Source: Oceanispirochaeta sp. (GTDB lineage: Bacteria; Spirochaetota; Spirochaetia; DSM-2461). From it: a DNA stretch of 64,000 nt. Shown here in pieces: positions 29,215 through 39,444 of this stretch; positions within the stretch are counted from its first letter, which is position 1, and each line of letters opens with the position of its first letter. Where the stretch lies: NCBI GenBank assembly GCA_963663385.2, contig CAXXXD010000002.1:1600001-1664000 (forward strand), given 5' to 3'. The notes beneath the pieces were generated by a model that was not told the origin of the DNA, ran no database searches, and worked only from the letters and a program-made list of their open reading frames with translations. The translations under genes and the position numbers were made by a program.

Positions 29215-30362
29215 TTGCTGGTCCTGTGCAGGTTTCTGTAGTACTCGTCAAAGAGTATGCATCCGTCGTTTACCTGCCGTATCATCAGTCTTGAACATCC
29301 CGAACAGGCTGTGCAGTAGTTTATTTTACGATCCGATCGCAGTTTTGCCGGATAGAGGGGATCGGAGAAGCTCATTCTTCCGAATCCCGCGAAATCGGCC
29401 GAACCGCCACTGATCATCTCTTCGGCGAAACCGGCGGCTTTATCTGCCAGAATCGTGTACCCTGATCCGATAACGGCCATTGACGTTCCCAGATTTTTAA
29501 CATGTTCGGCGTATCTGGCCAGATGCAGGTAAAAGTAAGAGGAGGGCCTTGTGGGTCTTGTAATTTCCGAAGTAACCCCCGGAATGCCTGCGGATACATT
29601 GACATAATCCATTCCCAGCCTGTCCATCAGTTTTACGACCTCATCCATCTCGTCCAGTTCTTCAATAATCCGCCCGGGAGCCATCGTTCCGCATCCTCCG
29701 CGGATTCCTTCGTAGAAAGACAGCCGTGAACCCAGAATGAAACTGCTGCTTTTAAGACCTTTGCGTATTTCGGCGATCCCCTCGGTGAGAAATCTCGTGC
29801 GGTTTTCGAAGGATCCGCCCCATTTGTCTTCCCTCGTATTGGCGGGCCTGAGCATCTCCGCCCCGAAGTAGCCGTGGCACATCTTAAAATCGCAGCCGTC
29901 GGCTCCCGCCTTCTCGGCCAGCAGTACCGACCGGATAAAAGCCTGTTTAATCTTTTCTATTTCTTCGGTTCTCAAGTAATCGGCATCGTCGGTTCCGGGA
30001 CAGATCGATGTTTTTCTGGAAAAAGGACCGCTTTTATATCCCGAATGGCTTACCTGGAACAGAATCAGGCCTTCGGGATTGATTTTCCTGTATTCGGCTA
30101 CAAGCTTTTTAAAACCGTCCAGATTCTCCCTGCTGAGAACCATTCCGTTCTTTCTTGCCAGTGATTCTTCTGTGACGGAAAGAGCTTCCACTATGACAAT
30201 GCCCCATTTTCCTTCGGCCAGTTTTTTATAGCGGTTCAACGCCCTTTCTGAAACGGAACCGCCTTTATCTCCGTCATTACCTTCCATAGCCTGGGAGACC
30301 AGCCTGTTGGGGGCTTTTTTGGCTCCTATCCTGAATGGTGTAAACAGTGTTTTGTATTCCAT
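29211..30362 (-). CDS. NADH:flavin oxidoreductase (Old Yellow Enzyme family) with C-terminal Cys cluster
   Basis: LFTPFRIG..NR, K.CHGY, N.R.D.WGGSFENRTRF, CTACSGC...C. Confidence 0.88.
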   Translation of the reverse strand: MEYKTLFTPFRIGAKKAPNRLVSQAMEGNDGDKGGSVSERALNRYKKLAEGKWGIVIVEALSVTEESLARKNGMVLSRENLDGFKKLVAEYRKINPEGLILFQVSHSGYKSGPFSRKTSICPGTDDADYLRTEEIEKIKQAFIRSVLLAEKAGADGCDFKMCHGYFGAEMLRPANTREDKWGGSFENRTRFLTEGIAEIRKGLKSSSFILGSRLSFYEGIRGGCGTMAPGRIIEELDEMDEVVKLMDRLGMDYVNVSAGIPGVTSEITRPTRPSSYFYLHLARYAEHVKNLGTSMAVIGSGYTILADKAAGFAEEMISGGSADFAGFGRMSFSDPLYPAKLRSDRKINYCTACSGCSRLMIRQVNDGCILFDEYYRNLHRTSK

Positions 30363-30387
30363 ATTGTACTTCCTTTTCTATTTTCTC

Positions 30388-30407
30388 TATTGTTGCATGC
30401 AACAATA
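30388..30407. promoter_or_regulatory. Perfect 20-bp palindrome, candidate operator
   Basis: TATTGTTGCATGCAACAATA, 25 nt upstream of the OYE start codon. Confidence 0.7.
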
Positions 30408-30445
30408 TTTAACACAGTTTTGCCTGTGAATATTTTCACCCCTGG

Positions 30446-32662
30446 TCAGTGCGGGGGGAGGTTGTCCGCGTAAGCGCCCGGGGATACTCCGACATATTTT
30501 TTGAATACGCGTATAAACGTGTTGGAGCTGTTGAAACCGACTTTCCCCGCCAGATCCTGAATCCTCGTATCCCGATCCCTTTCCAGAATCTCTTTAGCTT
30601 TTTCTATTCTGTGCTTGTTCAGTACGTCCTTGAAATTGGAACCGGTAACCCGTTTGAAAAGGATGCTGCTGTATTTTTCGGTAATATTAAGGTACTGAGA
30701 TATATCGTAAAGGCTTATATCCCTTGAATAGTTCTTACGGATGTACTTCATGATTTCTTCTGCCATATATTGATTGCTGTTGTTCCGGGTCGACGATACG
30801 GCGTCCAGTATCCGGTCGAAGAGTTCATGTATTTTTTTTCTGATCTGATCATCCTTTTCCAGGGAAAGGATATCGGTTACGTAAGTCATTTCATTCTCAA
30901 AAATCTGCAAATCGGCTAATTTAGTCTCCTGTTGAATCCTGTTGACTGAGGATATAAGGGAGAAGAGAAAATTCCTCTTTCTTTCCCGCGTCAGCTGGCG
31001 GCTAGTCATGTTCTCATCGATCAGGAGATTGAGGATCTTGGCTGTTTCTTCCCTGTTGCCGTCCAGAATGCAGTTGATCAGCCTGGTTTCTGTATTCAGG
31101 GGAAAGTAATAAGCGGCGTCTCTGAAAGTCCTCAGATCTTCTTTGGTCAGAATCTGCTTGATCCCGACGAAATCCCTGAATTCCATTATCTTATCGGCCT
31201 GGTTGAAGGATTCGTTGATCTTCCGGAAATCCTCCACAGCGCTTCCTATGGACGCCTTTATGACGATATCGTACTCTCCCTCTATTTCGGATATGAGTTT
31301 CATGACCGACTGTTCGGTTTTATCGAAGTATTCCCCTTTGAATATGAGAACAAACCGGTTGTTGTCCATATTGACAAAATTGATGAAATCGTTGTCCGAT
31401 GTGTAGGATCTGAATGTGTTTTTTACCAGAAAGATCATATCGCTCTGAAGATTGTCCTCTTCATCGTCAAGATTGAAAAGAACGACTTTGAACTGCCCCC
31501 GGGGGACGGGAAAATCCTTGTAGGACTCGATTTTAGAAACATTGATGCCGAAGAGAAGGTCCTTATGGAATTTCTCCAGGAGCAGATTCCTGTTTTTCCG
31601 GATGATTGCCTGCAGCTGACGGTTGTCCTCCTGAATCTCCTCCGCCGCGGAGTTGATAAATTCAAATTCATCAAGAAATCCCCCGGCGCCCCAGTTTTCC
31701 GAAAAGACGTTGACCACACGGGATACAGGCCTGTACAGGGTTGATGTTATTTTTCCGGCCAGCCAAAGGGACCCGGCGATTAGAAGGATAAAAGGGAGAA
31801 GGAACCGGATAAGGTAGTAGCCGCTGATTCCGCTATCCTGTTTATAAAGGCAGATATAATTCAGCAGGGGAGAAACCCTTGAGGAAACCATGTAGGCCCG
31901 GGTGCCTTTGTACATGATCGGTACGGGACTTATCTCCGCAGGGGAGGGAAGATCCATCTCCCCGTAGTAATCTTCCGTCCGGACGCCCGTCACCGGTCGG
32001 ACGCTGATTATCCTGTTTCTGCCGGCAATCAGCCATAGATCGTCCGAGCCGGCCAGAGAGGAGTAGAAAGACATTTCATCGATCGTTATAAAAAACAGGA
32101 TTTCCCGGTCTCCGAAATTCTGAAGGATGGCGTAATTGACCGTCCTGCCTTCTTCCGTCCGCCCTTCCAGAACCAGGGATTTATTGAACCCTTTCATTTT
32201 TTTCAAACGGGATATCATATTGGTCCCTGCGGACTCCTCCAGCCCCATGACATCTAAGAAGTATGACGTTTTAGACAGGCTGCTGACCGGATTGATGACG
32301 GAATACTCCTCTCCGGAATAGGACACGCCGATTGTGTACCTGAATCCCGATAGCTTGAGAAGATTTTTCTTCAGTTCCTTTTGAACGTTGAAGGAATTGA
32401 AGTAGTAATCCTTTTCTTCGGAATAAGCCCATAGCTCGATTATTTCGGAGGTGCGGATGTTATTGAGGGAGGTATAGATAATATCCATCTGGACATCGAG
32501 CTGCTGAGCCTGGGATGATATCAGTTTCTGGATGGCGTGCTTACTCTCCTCATTGGCGATTTTACCGTTGAAAAAAATAAAACCGCCCGAAATTACGGAG
32601 ATAAATACAAGAAGAAGAGATGAATATGTGAGAAATATTTTTTTTCTATATGTTCCTTTCAC
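30446..32662 (-). CDS. Membrane-anchored AraC-family regulator (YesS/YtdP-like)
   Basis: Two TM segments flank an extracytoplasmic domain; C-terminal AraC HTH. Confidence 0.85.
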   Translation of the reverse strand: MKGTYRKKIFLTYSSLLLVFISVISGGFIFFNGKIANEESKHAIQKLISSQAQQLDVQMDIIYTSLNNIRTSEIIELWAYSEEKDYYFNSFNVQKELKKNLLKLSGFRYTIGVSYSGEEYSVINPVSSLSKTSYFLDVMGLEESAGTNMISRLKKMKGFNKSLVLEGRTEEGRTVNYAILQNFGDREILFFITIDEMSFYSSLAGSDDLWLIAGRNRIISVRPVTGVRTEDYYGEMDLPSPAEISPVPIMYKGTRAYMVSSRVSPLLNYICLYKQDSGISGYYLIRFLLPFILLIAGSLWLAGKITSTLYRPVSRVVNVFSENWGAGGFLDEFEFINSAAEEIQEDNRQLQAIIRKNRNLLLEKFHKDLLFGINVSKIESYKDFPVPRGQFKVVLFNLDDEEDNLQSDMIFLVKNTFRSYTSDNDFINFVNMDNNRFVLIFKGEYFDKTEQSVMKLISEIEGEYDIVIKASIGSAVEDFRKINESFNQADKIMEFRDFVGIKQILTKEDLRTFRDAAYYFPLNTETRLINCILDGNREETAKILNLLIDENMTSRQLTRERKRNFLFSLISSVNRIQQETKLADLQIFENEMTYVTDILSLEKDDQIRKKIHELFDRILDAVSSTRNNSNQYMAEEIMKYIRKNYSRDISLYDISQYLNITEKYSSILFKRVTGSNFKDVLNKHRIEKAKEILERDRDTRIQDLAGKVGFNSSNTFIRVFKKYVGVSPGAYADNLPPH

Positions 32663-32714
32663 TTTTTCCGCTCATGTCCTTATTATATTTGAAGCACTGG
32701 ATAATATCACTTTT

Positions 32715-34082
32715 TCAGGATATCAGCCAGTCTCCCTGCCTGGTCATTGTGTTCAGGCATAACGCCCTCAGTTCCCCTGCCTTATCCTTGTATTCCGATT
32801 TCCCCGCGCAATTGGTCAGTTCCATCGGATCGGCGGACAGGTCATAGAGTTCCTCTCTGTCATCGGGAGTATAGATGTATTTATAGCCGCCTTTGACGAC
32901 TCCTCTTCTCATATTACCGTACCATGATATCCCGGAGAACTGGAGGAACAGGGCCCTGTCTCCTGCCGTTTTTTCCCCTCTGATTACCGGTAGAAGGGAT
33001 TGCCCCTCCAGCTGACGCTCCGGGGGCTCCGAAATGAGATCCAGAATGGTCGGCATGATATCGAGGTGGGATACGGCTTCCCGCGAGAGGCCTGTGTTTT
33101 CTTCCGGAATCCTCAGAAGCAGCGGAACCCGGACAGCCTGTTCGTAGAGCTCCATTTTCTGGAACATCCTGTGCTGTCCCAGATGATCCCCATGGTCGGA
33201 TGTGAAGATTACGGCCGTACTGTTCCAGAGGCCTTTCTCCTTCAGAGCATCAATAACCCTGCCTATGGCCCTGTCTGCCAGGTGAACAAGGCCCAGGTGG
33301 GCAGACCAGGCTTCCCTCCATTGCTGTTCACCTACATTTTCCGCCAGTCTGGCCGGCACGCCGTTCCTCCTTTTGGGAGGCTCTCCAACAGCGGGTATGC
33401 CAACATTGTCAGGGAGCTTTATCTGTTCGGGAGGAAAGAGTGAGTAATAGGGTTCGGGAAGCCGCATGGGCGGATGAGGCGCCCATAAATTCAGGAACAG
33501 GGCAAAAGGTCTGTCCCTGTCCTCCCGGATATAATCGACGGCTCTGTCGGCAAACCAGTTATCCAGAAAGACAGATTCGTCATAAGGGAAAAGGGAGCGG
33601 CGGGGATTGGAGTATCGTCTCTCCACATCCTTTCCATTCTCGGTCATCAGGAAGGCATCCGTATTTCTCCTGTCCGGAGTGAGATCGATGCCCCTCTCTT
33701 CCGCCCAGGTTTCGTATTCACCGTTGCTCTGCCAGCACCGGAAGTCGACATCCTCTTCAAGAGGAGGCAGAACCCGGATGTGATGAACCCCGATATGGGC
33801 CATTTCATAACCGGCCTGCTCCAGGTATTTATGAATGGTTTTCTGAGCCGTTGCTGACTCCCCGGCCCAGTCGTTATAGGTCACGCCGTTTTCGATGGGC
33901 GGGATTCCGGTTGCCAGAGCCGTTCTGGCCGGAACGCAGAGGGGCGATGTATTGTAGCAGCTGCTGAAATGAAACGAATCCCTCATAAGCCTGTTCAGGT
34001 TAGGAGTCACTTCCTTTCCGCACTGAATCATTCCGAGGCTGTCGTTGCGCTGATGGTCCGTCATAATATGCAGTATATTCAC
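32715..34082 (-). CDS. Cys-type S1 sulfatase
   Basis: MTDHQR, CVPAR (CxPxR), PH.P, SDHG. Confidence 0.9.
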   Translation of the reverse strand: MNILHIMTDHQRNDSLGMIQCGKEVTPNLNRLMRDSFHFSSCYNTSPLCVPARTALATGIPPIENGVTYNDWAGESATAQKTIHKYLEQAGYEMAHIGVHHIRVLPPLEEDVDFRCWQSNGEYETWAEERGIDLTPDRRNTDAFLMTENGKDVERRYSNPRRSLFPYDESVFLDNWFADRAVDYIREDRDRPFALFLNLWAPHPPMRLPEPYYSLFPPEQIKLPDNVGIPAVGEPPKRRNGVPARLAENVGEQQWREAWSAHLGLVHLADRAIGRVIDALKEKGLWNSTAVIFTSDHGDHLGQHRMFQKMELYEQAVRVPLLLRIPEENTGLSREAVSHLDIMPTILDLISEPPERQLEGQSLLPVIRGEKTAGDRALFLQFSGISWYGNMRRGVVKGGYKYIYTPDDREELYDLSADPMELTNCAGKSEYKDKAGELRALCLNTMTRQGDWLIS

Positions 34083-35500
34083 AGTTCATCTCCAAAGGGA
34101 TCGTTGATAGAGTCCAGCCAGTCTTTCAGCCTGGCTTCAAGCGCCGCCGCGACGGAACTGTCTCCGGGAGATTCCGGCATTAATGGGGCAGTCTGAAGGG
34201 GATCTTCCATCAGATTGTAGAGGTACCGGACCGTTTTCTCTCCCGGAGCGTATCCGCGGTGAACCACATAGCAGTGACTGTGGGTTCTCAGGGCTCTCCA
34301 TCCGTATGAAAGATTGTTCAATCCCTTCTGCTCAAATGCCCTTACGGCGTCCGCCCGGCCGGGGTAAGCTGCCAGAAAAGCCTGTTCGGGAAGGGCCCCA
34401 CACTCCCTGCCCAGCATATGGTCCGAGTAATCAAATCCCTGAACGCTGTCTCCGGGACGGATTCCCATAAGAGCCAGGATAGACGGCAGGTGATCGGGGC
34501 TGTTCAGAAGTGCTCCGGTCCGGTCCGGTTGTATTTTCCCGGGCCACCTGATGATAAAGGGGATGCCCACGGACTCTTCGAACCAGACATGTTTATGGAG
34601 AAGACTGTGGGATCCCAGCATTTCGCCGTGGTCCGCCGAAAGCACGACGATGGTATTGTCTTTCAGCCCCGCTTCCTCAAGGTAATCGAGAAGCCGGCCC
34701 ACATTGTGATCGATCCCCGATACGGCGGCGAAGTAATTCAAGCAGTCTTCCCTGTGTTCAGCGTCGCTTAAATTTTCCCATGGACCCGTATGGTCTTTTA
34801 CCCGTCCTGTCCGGACATTGTCCCTCGGTTTGAAAGAGGTATTCCGGTAAAGGTCTCTGTAGCAGGAGGGAACCTGATCGAAGGGCGTATGGGGCGGATT
34901 GTAGGATATAAACAGGGCAAAAGGATTCCAGGCTTGATTCTGCTCTTCCAGAAAACGGAGAGCCGTGTCTGTTTCATGTTCAACCGACCATTTCCCGGGC
35001 CTGATCTTCCTGTGGGAATCCTCCCAGTAGTGGGGATCGGCATGGTTATCCATGGCGCCGTAGGAATGCCAGAAGTCGAAGCCCTGCCGTTTTTCTCCCG
35101 GAGGGGTATAGGCGTCCCAGCCTGACGCACCGGAAAGAGGATGGTCGCTGTTGTTGAGTTCCGGGTTGTCGAGGTGCCATTTCCCCAGGTAGGCTGTGGA
35201 GTAACCCTCGCGTTTCAGGCTGTTGCCGAAGGAATCATCGTCGGGTTTCAGGTACACGGGGGAGGGCAGCCCGGTTTTGCAGTTTGTCCAGACACCGGTA
35301 GAGAAGGGGTATTTGCCCGTCATCATCGAAGCCCTGTGGGGAGAACATAGGGGACAAGCCGAGAGAGCCTGGTCGAAAACCAGCGATTCCGATGCGAAGG
35401 CATCCATTCTCGGTGTCAGCACGGGATCTTCATTCATAAAGCCGAGGGCGTGGCGACGCCACTGATCGGCGAAAATATATATCAGGTTCGGTTTCTTCAT
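34079..35500 (-). CDS. Cys-type S1 sulfatase
   Basis: PNLIYIFADQ, CSPHRASMMTG, GKWHL, ADHGE. Confidence 0.92.
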   Translation of the reverse strand: MKKPNLIYIFADQWRRHALGFMNEDPVLTPRMDAFASESLVFDQALSACPLCSPHRASMMTGKYPFSTGVWTNCKTGLPSPVYLKPDDDSFGNSLKREGYSTAYLGKWHLDNPELNNSDHPLSGASGWDAYTPPGEKRQGFDFWHSYGAMDNHADPHYWEDSHRKIRPGKWSVEHETDTALRFLEEQNQAWNPFALFISYNPPHTPFDQVPSCYRDLYRNTSFKPRDNVRTGRVKDHTGPWENLSDAEHREDCLNYFAAVSGIDHNVGRLLDYLEEAGLKDNTIVVLSADHGEMLGSHSLLHKHVWFEESVGIPFIIRWPGKIQPDRTGALLNSPDHLPSILALMGIRPGDSVQGFDYSDHMLGRECGALPEQAFLAAYPGRADAVRAFEQKGLNNLSYGWRALRTHSHCYVVHRGYAPGEKTVRYLYNLMEDPLQTAPLMPESPGDSSVAAALEARLKDWLDSINDPFGDEL

Positions 35501-35521
35501 TCTGCTTCACTTCTGTTGAAC

Positions 35522-35541
35522 GGAGGTCCCGAAGGACCTCC
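35522..35541 (-). terminator. Hairpin downstream of the binding-protein gene
   Basis: GGAGGTCC-CGAA-GGACCTCC (loop reads UUCG on the minus strand). Confidence 0.6.
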
Positions 35542-35550
35542 TCTGTTTAT

Positions 35551-37113
35551 TTAAAGACCGTTATACACATCAAAGGCTGCCTGATTTATTTCAATGGCCT
35601 TTTCGATGCCTTTGTCTTTGAGCTTCCGGACATAGGAGGGATAATCCGCTTCGAAATCCGAACTGCCCATCAGCCATTTCTGGATCATTTCAAGTGTGTA
35701 ATTTTCTATCTGGGACATAATTCTCAGATATTCCCTTTCCTGTTCAGGGGTGTATTTCAGAAGGATGTAGCCGTCGCTTGTGGGAATTTCTCTTTTTACA
35801 TACCCGCCGTCGATGTACATCTGCATTCCCTCTGCGGCAATTTCGTTCAGCCATGCTTTTTCGTAGGCAAAATCCTGGACCATACCAATCCTGTACTGAA
35901 CGCCATATCCTCTCAGAGTCGCAAGAGCCGTTTTGTCGGAGTTCATGACTTTGTCCGTGTAAACCGGTTTATTGCCGTCAAGGGTATAGGTTTCCCCTTC
36001 GATTCCGTAGTTGATGAGCTTGTGCCCTTCGGGAGTAAAAAAGTAGTTGAAATATTTTATTACAGTTACAGGGTCCTCGCAGGACGAAGAGATTCCCCAT
36101 CCGGGACCATGGCATCTGGCGGATTTTTCAACTCTCTCGCCATTCTGGTTCTTAACGGGAATCATGGGTCTGAATTCAAATCCCTCGATCGTATCGGCCA
36201 GCTTGGTGTTGTAGTTGGCTGTCGATCCGAACCAGTCATGGGTGAATCCTCCGATATCCTGGCCGAGCATCACGTCTCTGGCCCCCAGTCCCCTGGTGAA
36301 TATCTCGGGATCGATCAGTCCCTCTTTGTACCATTTTGCCAGGGTTTTCATAGCCAGCTTGAATTCCTCCTCCATGGGACCGTAGACGATATTTCCGTCT
36401 TTGACGTCAAAGGAACTTGCGGCATCCCACATGTGAAAAAGGTTCCAGAGATTTCCGTCGCTGTTTCGTCTGAAATAGGGGATTTCATCGGCTTTTCCGT
36501 TTCCGTTGGGGTCCTGTGTCTTAAAAGCCGTCAGAGCATCATACAGTTCGTCGATGGTCTGGGGAACTTCCAGGTTGAGCTTCTTCAGCCAGTCCGTTCT
36601 GATGAAGTAACCCATAGCCACATCCACTTCCATGAACTTGGGTACCACATAGATGTTTCCGTCCAGAGATGTGGCCGCTTTCAGATAATCGGGATTCTCA
36701 TCCAGAATCCTCTGAAGATCCGGAGCGTGTTCGGCAATAAGATCGTTCAGGGGAATCAGTCCTCCCTCTCTTCCGAGGGATTCCAGTTTGGATATATCCC
36801 TGTACCCAATGATATCGGGAAGGTCTCCGGCAGTGATCATGAGGTTGAAAGCCGACTGCTCGTCCGACGAGCTCTGGGACGCAACGCCTTTCAGGTATAC
36901 GTTGGTGTTTTCCGCTGAGGCCTTGAACACGGGCCATTCGGGGTTGAAGGGCATGTTGTTAAAAATATTAAAATAGGTGAACTCCAGGGGAGTCGAGCTT
37001 ATAAGACTGCCGGTCAGCGGCACTTCCTGCTGTTTTCCCCTGTCCTGCTGCCCGTTGGCGAACAAACCACTGCCTAAAGCGCAGATGCACAAAATCAAAA
37101 ATACTCTTTTCAT
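35551..37113 (-). CDS. Solute-binding protein, AlgQ/LplA-like (acidic oligosaccharide-binding)
   Basis: WPVFK...TNV.L..VA...FNLMI.AGDLPDII, IRTDWLKKL, DPNGNGKADEIP; start at ATG 37113. Confidence 0.85.
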   Translation of the reverse strand: MKRVFLILCICALGSGLFANGQQDRGKQQEVPLTGSLISSTPLEFTYFNIFNNMPFNPEWPVFKASAENTNVYLKGVASQSSSDEQSAFNLMITAGDLPDIIGYRDISKLESLGREGGLIPLNDLIAEHAPDLQRILDENPDYLKAATSLDGNIYVVPKFMEVDVAMGYFIRTDWLKKLNLEVPQTIDELYDALTAFKTQDPNGNGKADEIPYFRRNSDGNLWNLFHMWDAASSFDVKDGNIVYGPMEEEFKLAMKTLAKWYKEGLIDPEIFTRGLGARDVMLGQDIGGFTHDWFGSTANYNTKLADTIEGFEFRPMIPVKNQNGERVEKSARCHGPGWGISSSCEDPVTVIKYFNYFFTPEGHKLINYGIEGETYTLDGNKPVYTDKVMNSDKTALATLRGYGVQYRIGMVQDFAYEKAWLNEIAAEGMQMYIDGGYVKREIPTSDGYILLKYTPEQEREYLRIMSQIENYTLEMIQKWLMGSSDFEADYPSYVRKLKDKGIEKAIEINQAAFDVYNGL

Positions 37114-37165
37114 GAATAACTCCTTTTTCCGACTGCAGGGCAGGCGGTAATATAAATATCGCAAT

Positions 37166-38062
37166 TTATCCTTTTATTGAACCGACCATGGCTCCTCTTT
37201 TGAAAAACCGCTGGATATAGGGATAAATAACAAGCATGGGAACCGCTGCGATAATGATCACAGCGTATATGACCGTAAGGGGTGAGCTGAGAGACTCGGG
37301 AGATATGATTCCCGCTTCGTCAGCTCCGGAAACCCGGTCTACGATCAGTTTTTTTAGCAGAACCTGGAGGGGAATCTTCGAATCGTCCCGCAGCAGTACC
37401 ATGGACCAGAAATAACCGTTCCACCGGGAGACGGCGTAAAACATCCCCACAGTCGCCAGCGCAGGCTTGGACAGGGGCAGGTATACGGTCCTGAAAATCT
37501 GATAACTGTTGGCTCCATCGATAAATGCGGCTTCCTCAAGAGATCGGGGAACCGATTCGAAAAAGGTTTTCATAATCATCAGGTTGTAGGTGTTTATGGC
37601 AAACACCAGCAGAACGGATGTTCTGGAGTCCATCAGGTGCAAATCCACTACGTTCAGATAGAAGGGGATTGTCCCCGCTTTGAACCAGAGTGTAATTACA
37701 GCCATAAGCATAAAGAACTTTCTGAAAAGCAGCCTTTCCTTGGAAAGAACATACGCACCCGTCGTGGTGAACAGCATATTTACGAATGTGCCGAAAAATG
37801 TGTAGTAAAATGTATTGCCGTAGGCTGTCCACAGTCCCTCAATGGCAAAAGCCTTTCTGAATGAATCGAGCGTGAAACCCACGGGAAGAATCGTCACTTC
37901 TCCCGTAAGAAGGTAGTAGGGTTTGCTGACCGAAGCAATAACAATGTAGTAGAGCGGATAGAGGACAAGCAGTGTCAATACAATACAGAGGATCGTATTG
38001 AACAGGTTGAATGCCTTTTCACCCGCGGTTTCCCGCAGAAGGCCGTTTTTTATATTTACCAT
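37166..38062 (-). CDS. ABC permease (LplC/AlgM2-like)
   Basis: LEEAAFIDGA; YP..QR.F..G.MVGSIKG. Confidence 0.9.
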   Translation of the reverse strand: MVNIKNGLLRETAGEKAFNLFNTILCIVLTLLVLYPLYYIVIASVSKPYYLLTGEVTILPVGFTLDSFRKAFAIEGLWTAYGNTFYYTFFGTFVNMLFTTTGAYVLSKERLLFRKFFMLMAVITLWFKAGTIPFYLNVVDLHLMDSRTSVLLVFAINTYNLMIMKTFFESVPRSLEEAAFIDGANSYQIFRTVYLPLSKPALATVGMFYAVSRWNGYFWSMVLLRDDSKIPLQVLLKKLIVDRVSGADEAGIISPESLSSPLTVIYAVIIIAAVPMLVIYPYIQRFFKRGAMVGSIKG

Positions 38063-38074
38063 TTAATTCCCCTT

Positions 38075-39007
38075 TTATAAGAGACCGTTCTCTGTTATTT
38101 TTTTACTGATGCTGTTGGACAGCAGGACCAGTCCCAGAGCTATCAGAGCCTCAAACAGCCCGGCAGCGGTAGCGAGCCCGAACTGCTGCTGCTGGATTCC
38201 GATTCTGTACACAAATGTACTGATGACGTCGGATGTCTCGAAAGTCGCCGGCTGGTAAAGCAGGATAATGGACTCAAATCCTATATTGATCATCTTGCCT
38301 ATGTTGAGAACGAACATGATCATAATCGTGGGAAGTATGGTGGGGACCGTAATATTCAGCATCTGGCTCCACTTTCCCGCGCCGTCGACTCTGGCCGCTT
38401 CATAAAGCTGCTGGTCGATTCCGGCCAGGGCCGCGATATACACAATGGCGTTGAAACCCGTTTCCCTCCAGACAATCATGGATGTGTAGATTTCTCTGAA
38501 ATATTCAGGCTTGACCATAAAGTAGACCGATTCGCCTCCCATCTTTTTAATCAGGGTGTTTATAATGCCCGAGCTGGGAGATAGAAAATTGACAACCATT
38601 CCGCATACAACGACTATGGAAATAAAGTAAGGCATAAAGGAAACCGTCTGCACTGTTTTCTTGAACCAGACAGATTTGAGCTCATTGATCAGAAGAGCCA
38701 GGATAATCGACGCGGGAAAGGCGAAGACTATTCTGTACAGGGTAATAAATAGTGTGTTTTTTACTGTTCTCAGAAAATCGTCGCTTCCCATAAAGACCCT
38801 GAAATTTTCAAGGCCGATCCAGTCGCTTCCGCCCATTCCCCGGAATATGCTGTAATCCTGAAACGCGATAAGAAGTCCGCCCATGGGTTTGTATGCGAAT
38901 AGGCAGTACCATATGAACATCGGCAGCAGGAGCATATACAGCGTCCAGTCCTGCCTTATTATTTTTCCGTAATTCTGAAGAGATTTTACCATCCCTTTCT
39001 CTTTCAT
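38075..39007 (-). CDS. ABC permease (LplB/AlgM1-like)
   Basis: LYEAARVDGA, SDVISTFVY; start set at ATG 39007 (GGAGG RBS). Confidence 0.9.
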   Translation of the reverse strand: MKEKGMVKSLQNYGKIIRQDWTLYMLLLPMFIWYCLFAYKPMGGLLIAFQDYSIFRGMGGSDWIGLENFRVFMGSDDFLRTVKNTLFITLYRIVFAFPASIILALLINELKSVWFKKTVQTVSFMPYFISIVVVCGMVVNFLSPSSGIINTLIKKMGGESVYFMVKPEYFREIYTSMIVWRETGFNAIVYIAALAGIDQQLYEAARVDGAGKWSQMLNITVPTILPTIMIMFVLNIGKMINIGFESIILLYQPATFETSDVISTFVYRIGIQQQQFGLATAAGLFEALIALGLVLLSNSISKKITENGLL

Positions 39008-39444
39008 TCGTTCCTCCAAATTTTTCTTCAACGGAGTCAGTTTAAACTCCGATTTAGAAAAACGTATATTGCTATTAATCAACAGGTTTGCCGTTTTCCA
39101 TTCCGGGAAGGGGGCTTTGTGTGATAATAAATCATCATTTTTCAACAGAAGTGCGAATATCAACAACCTGCTTTTTTGATATTGAGGAGGGATTCCCGCG
39201 ATATGGCATGTTGTGGAATGCTTTAAAGGGGCTGGTGATGTAAGTGAAGTCAATTATTATTCCGGAAGAGGGGAGCTCTATTATTATGAATATCCCGGTC
39301 GCAGGAATCCGGTTAACGGCGGAGGGAAAGGCAGGATTTCATCCCGGTCCTTTCACGTTTCTCTGAGAATCGGCTGATTTTCTTCTAAGCCAATTTATAC
39401 CAGATTTCCTGATTTAACCCGCCGACAACGTTTCTAATGATTCC

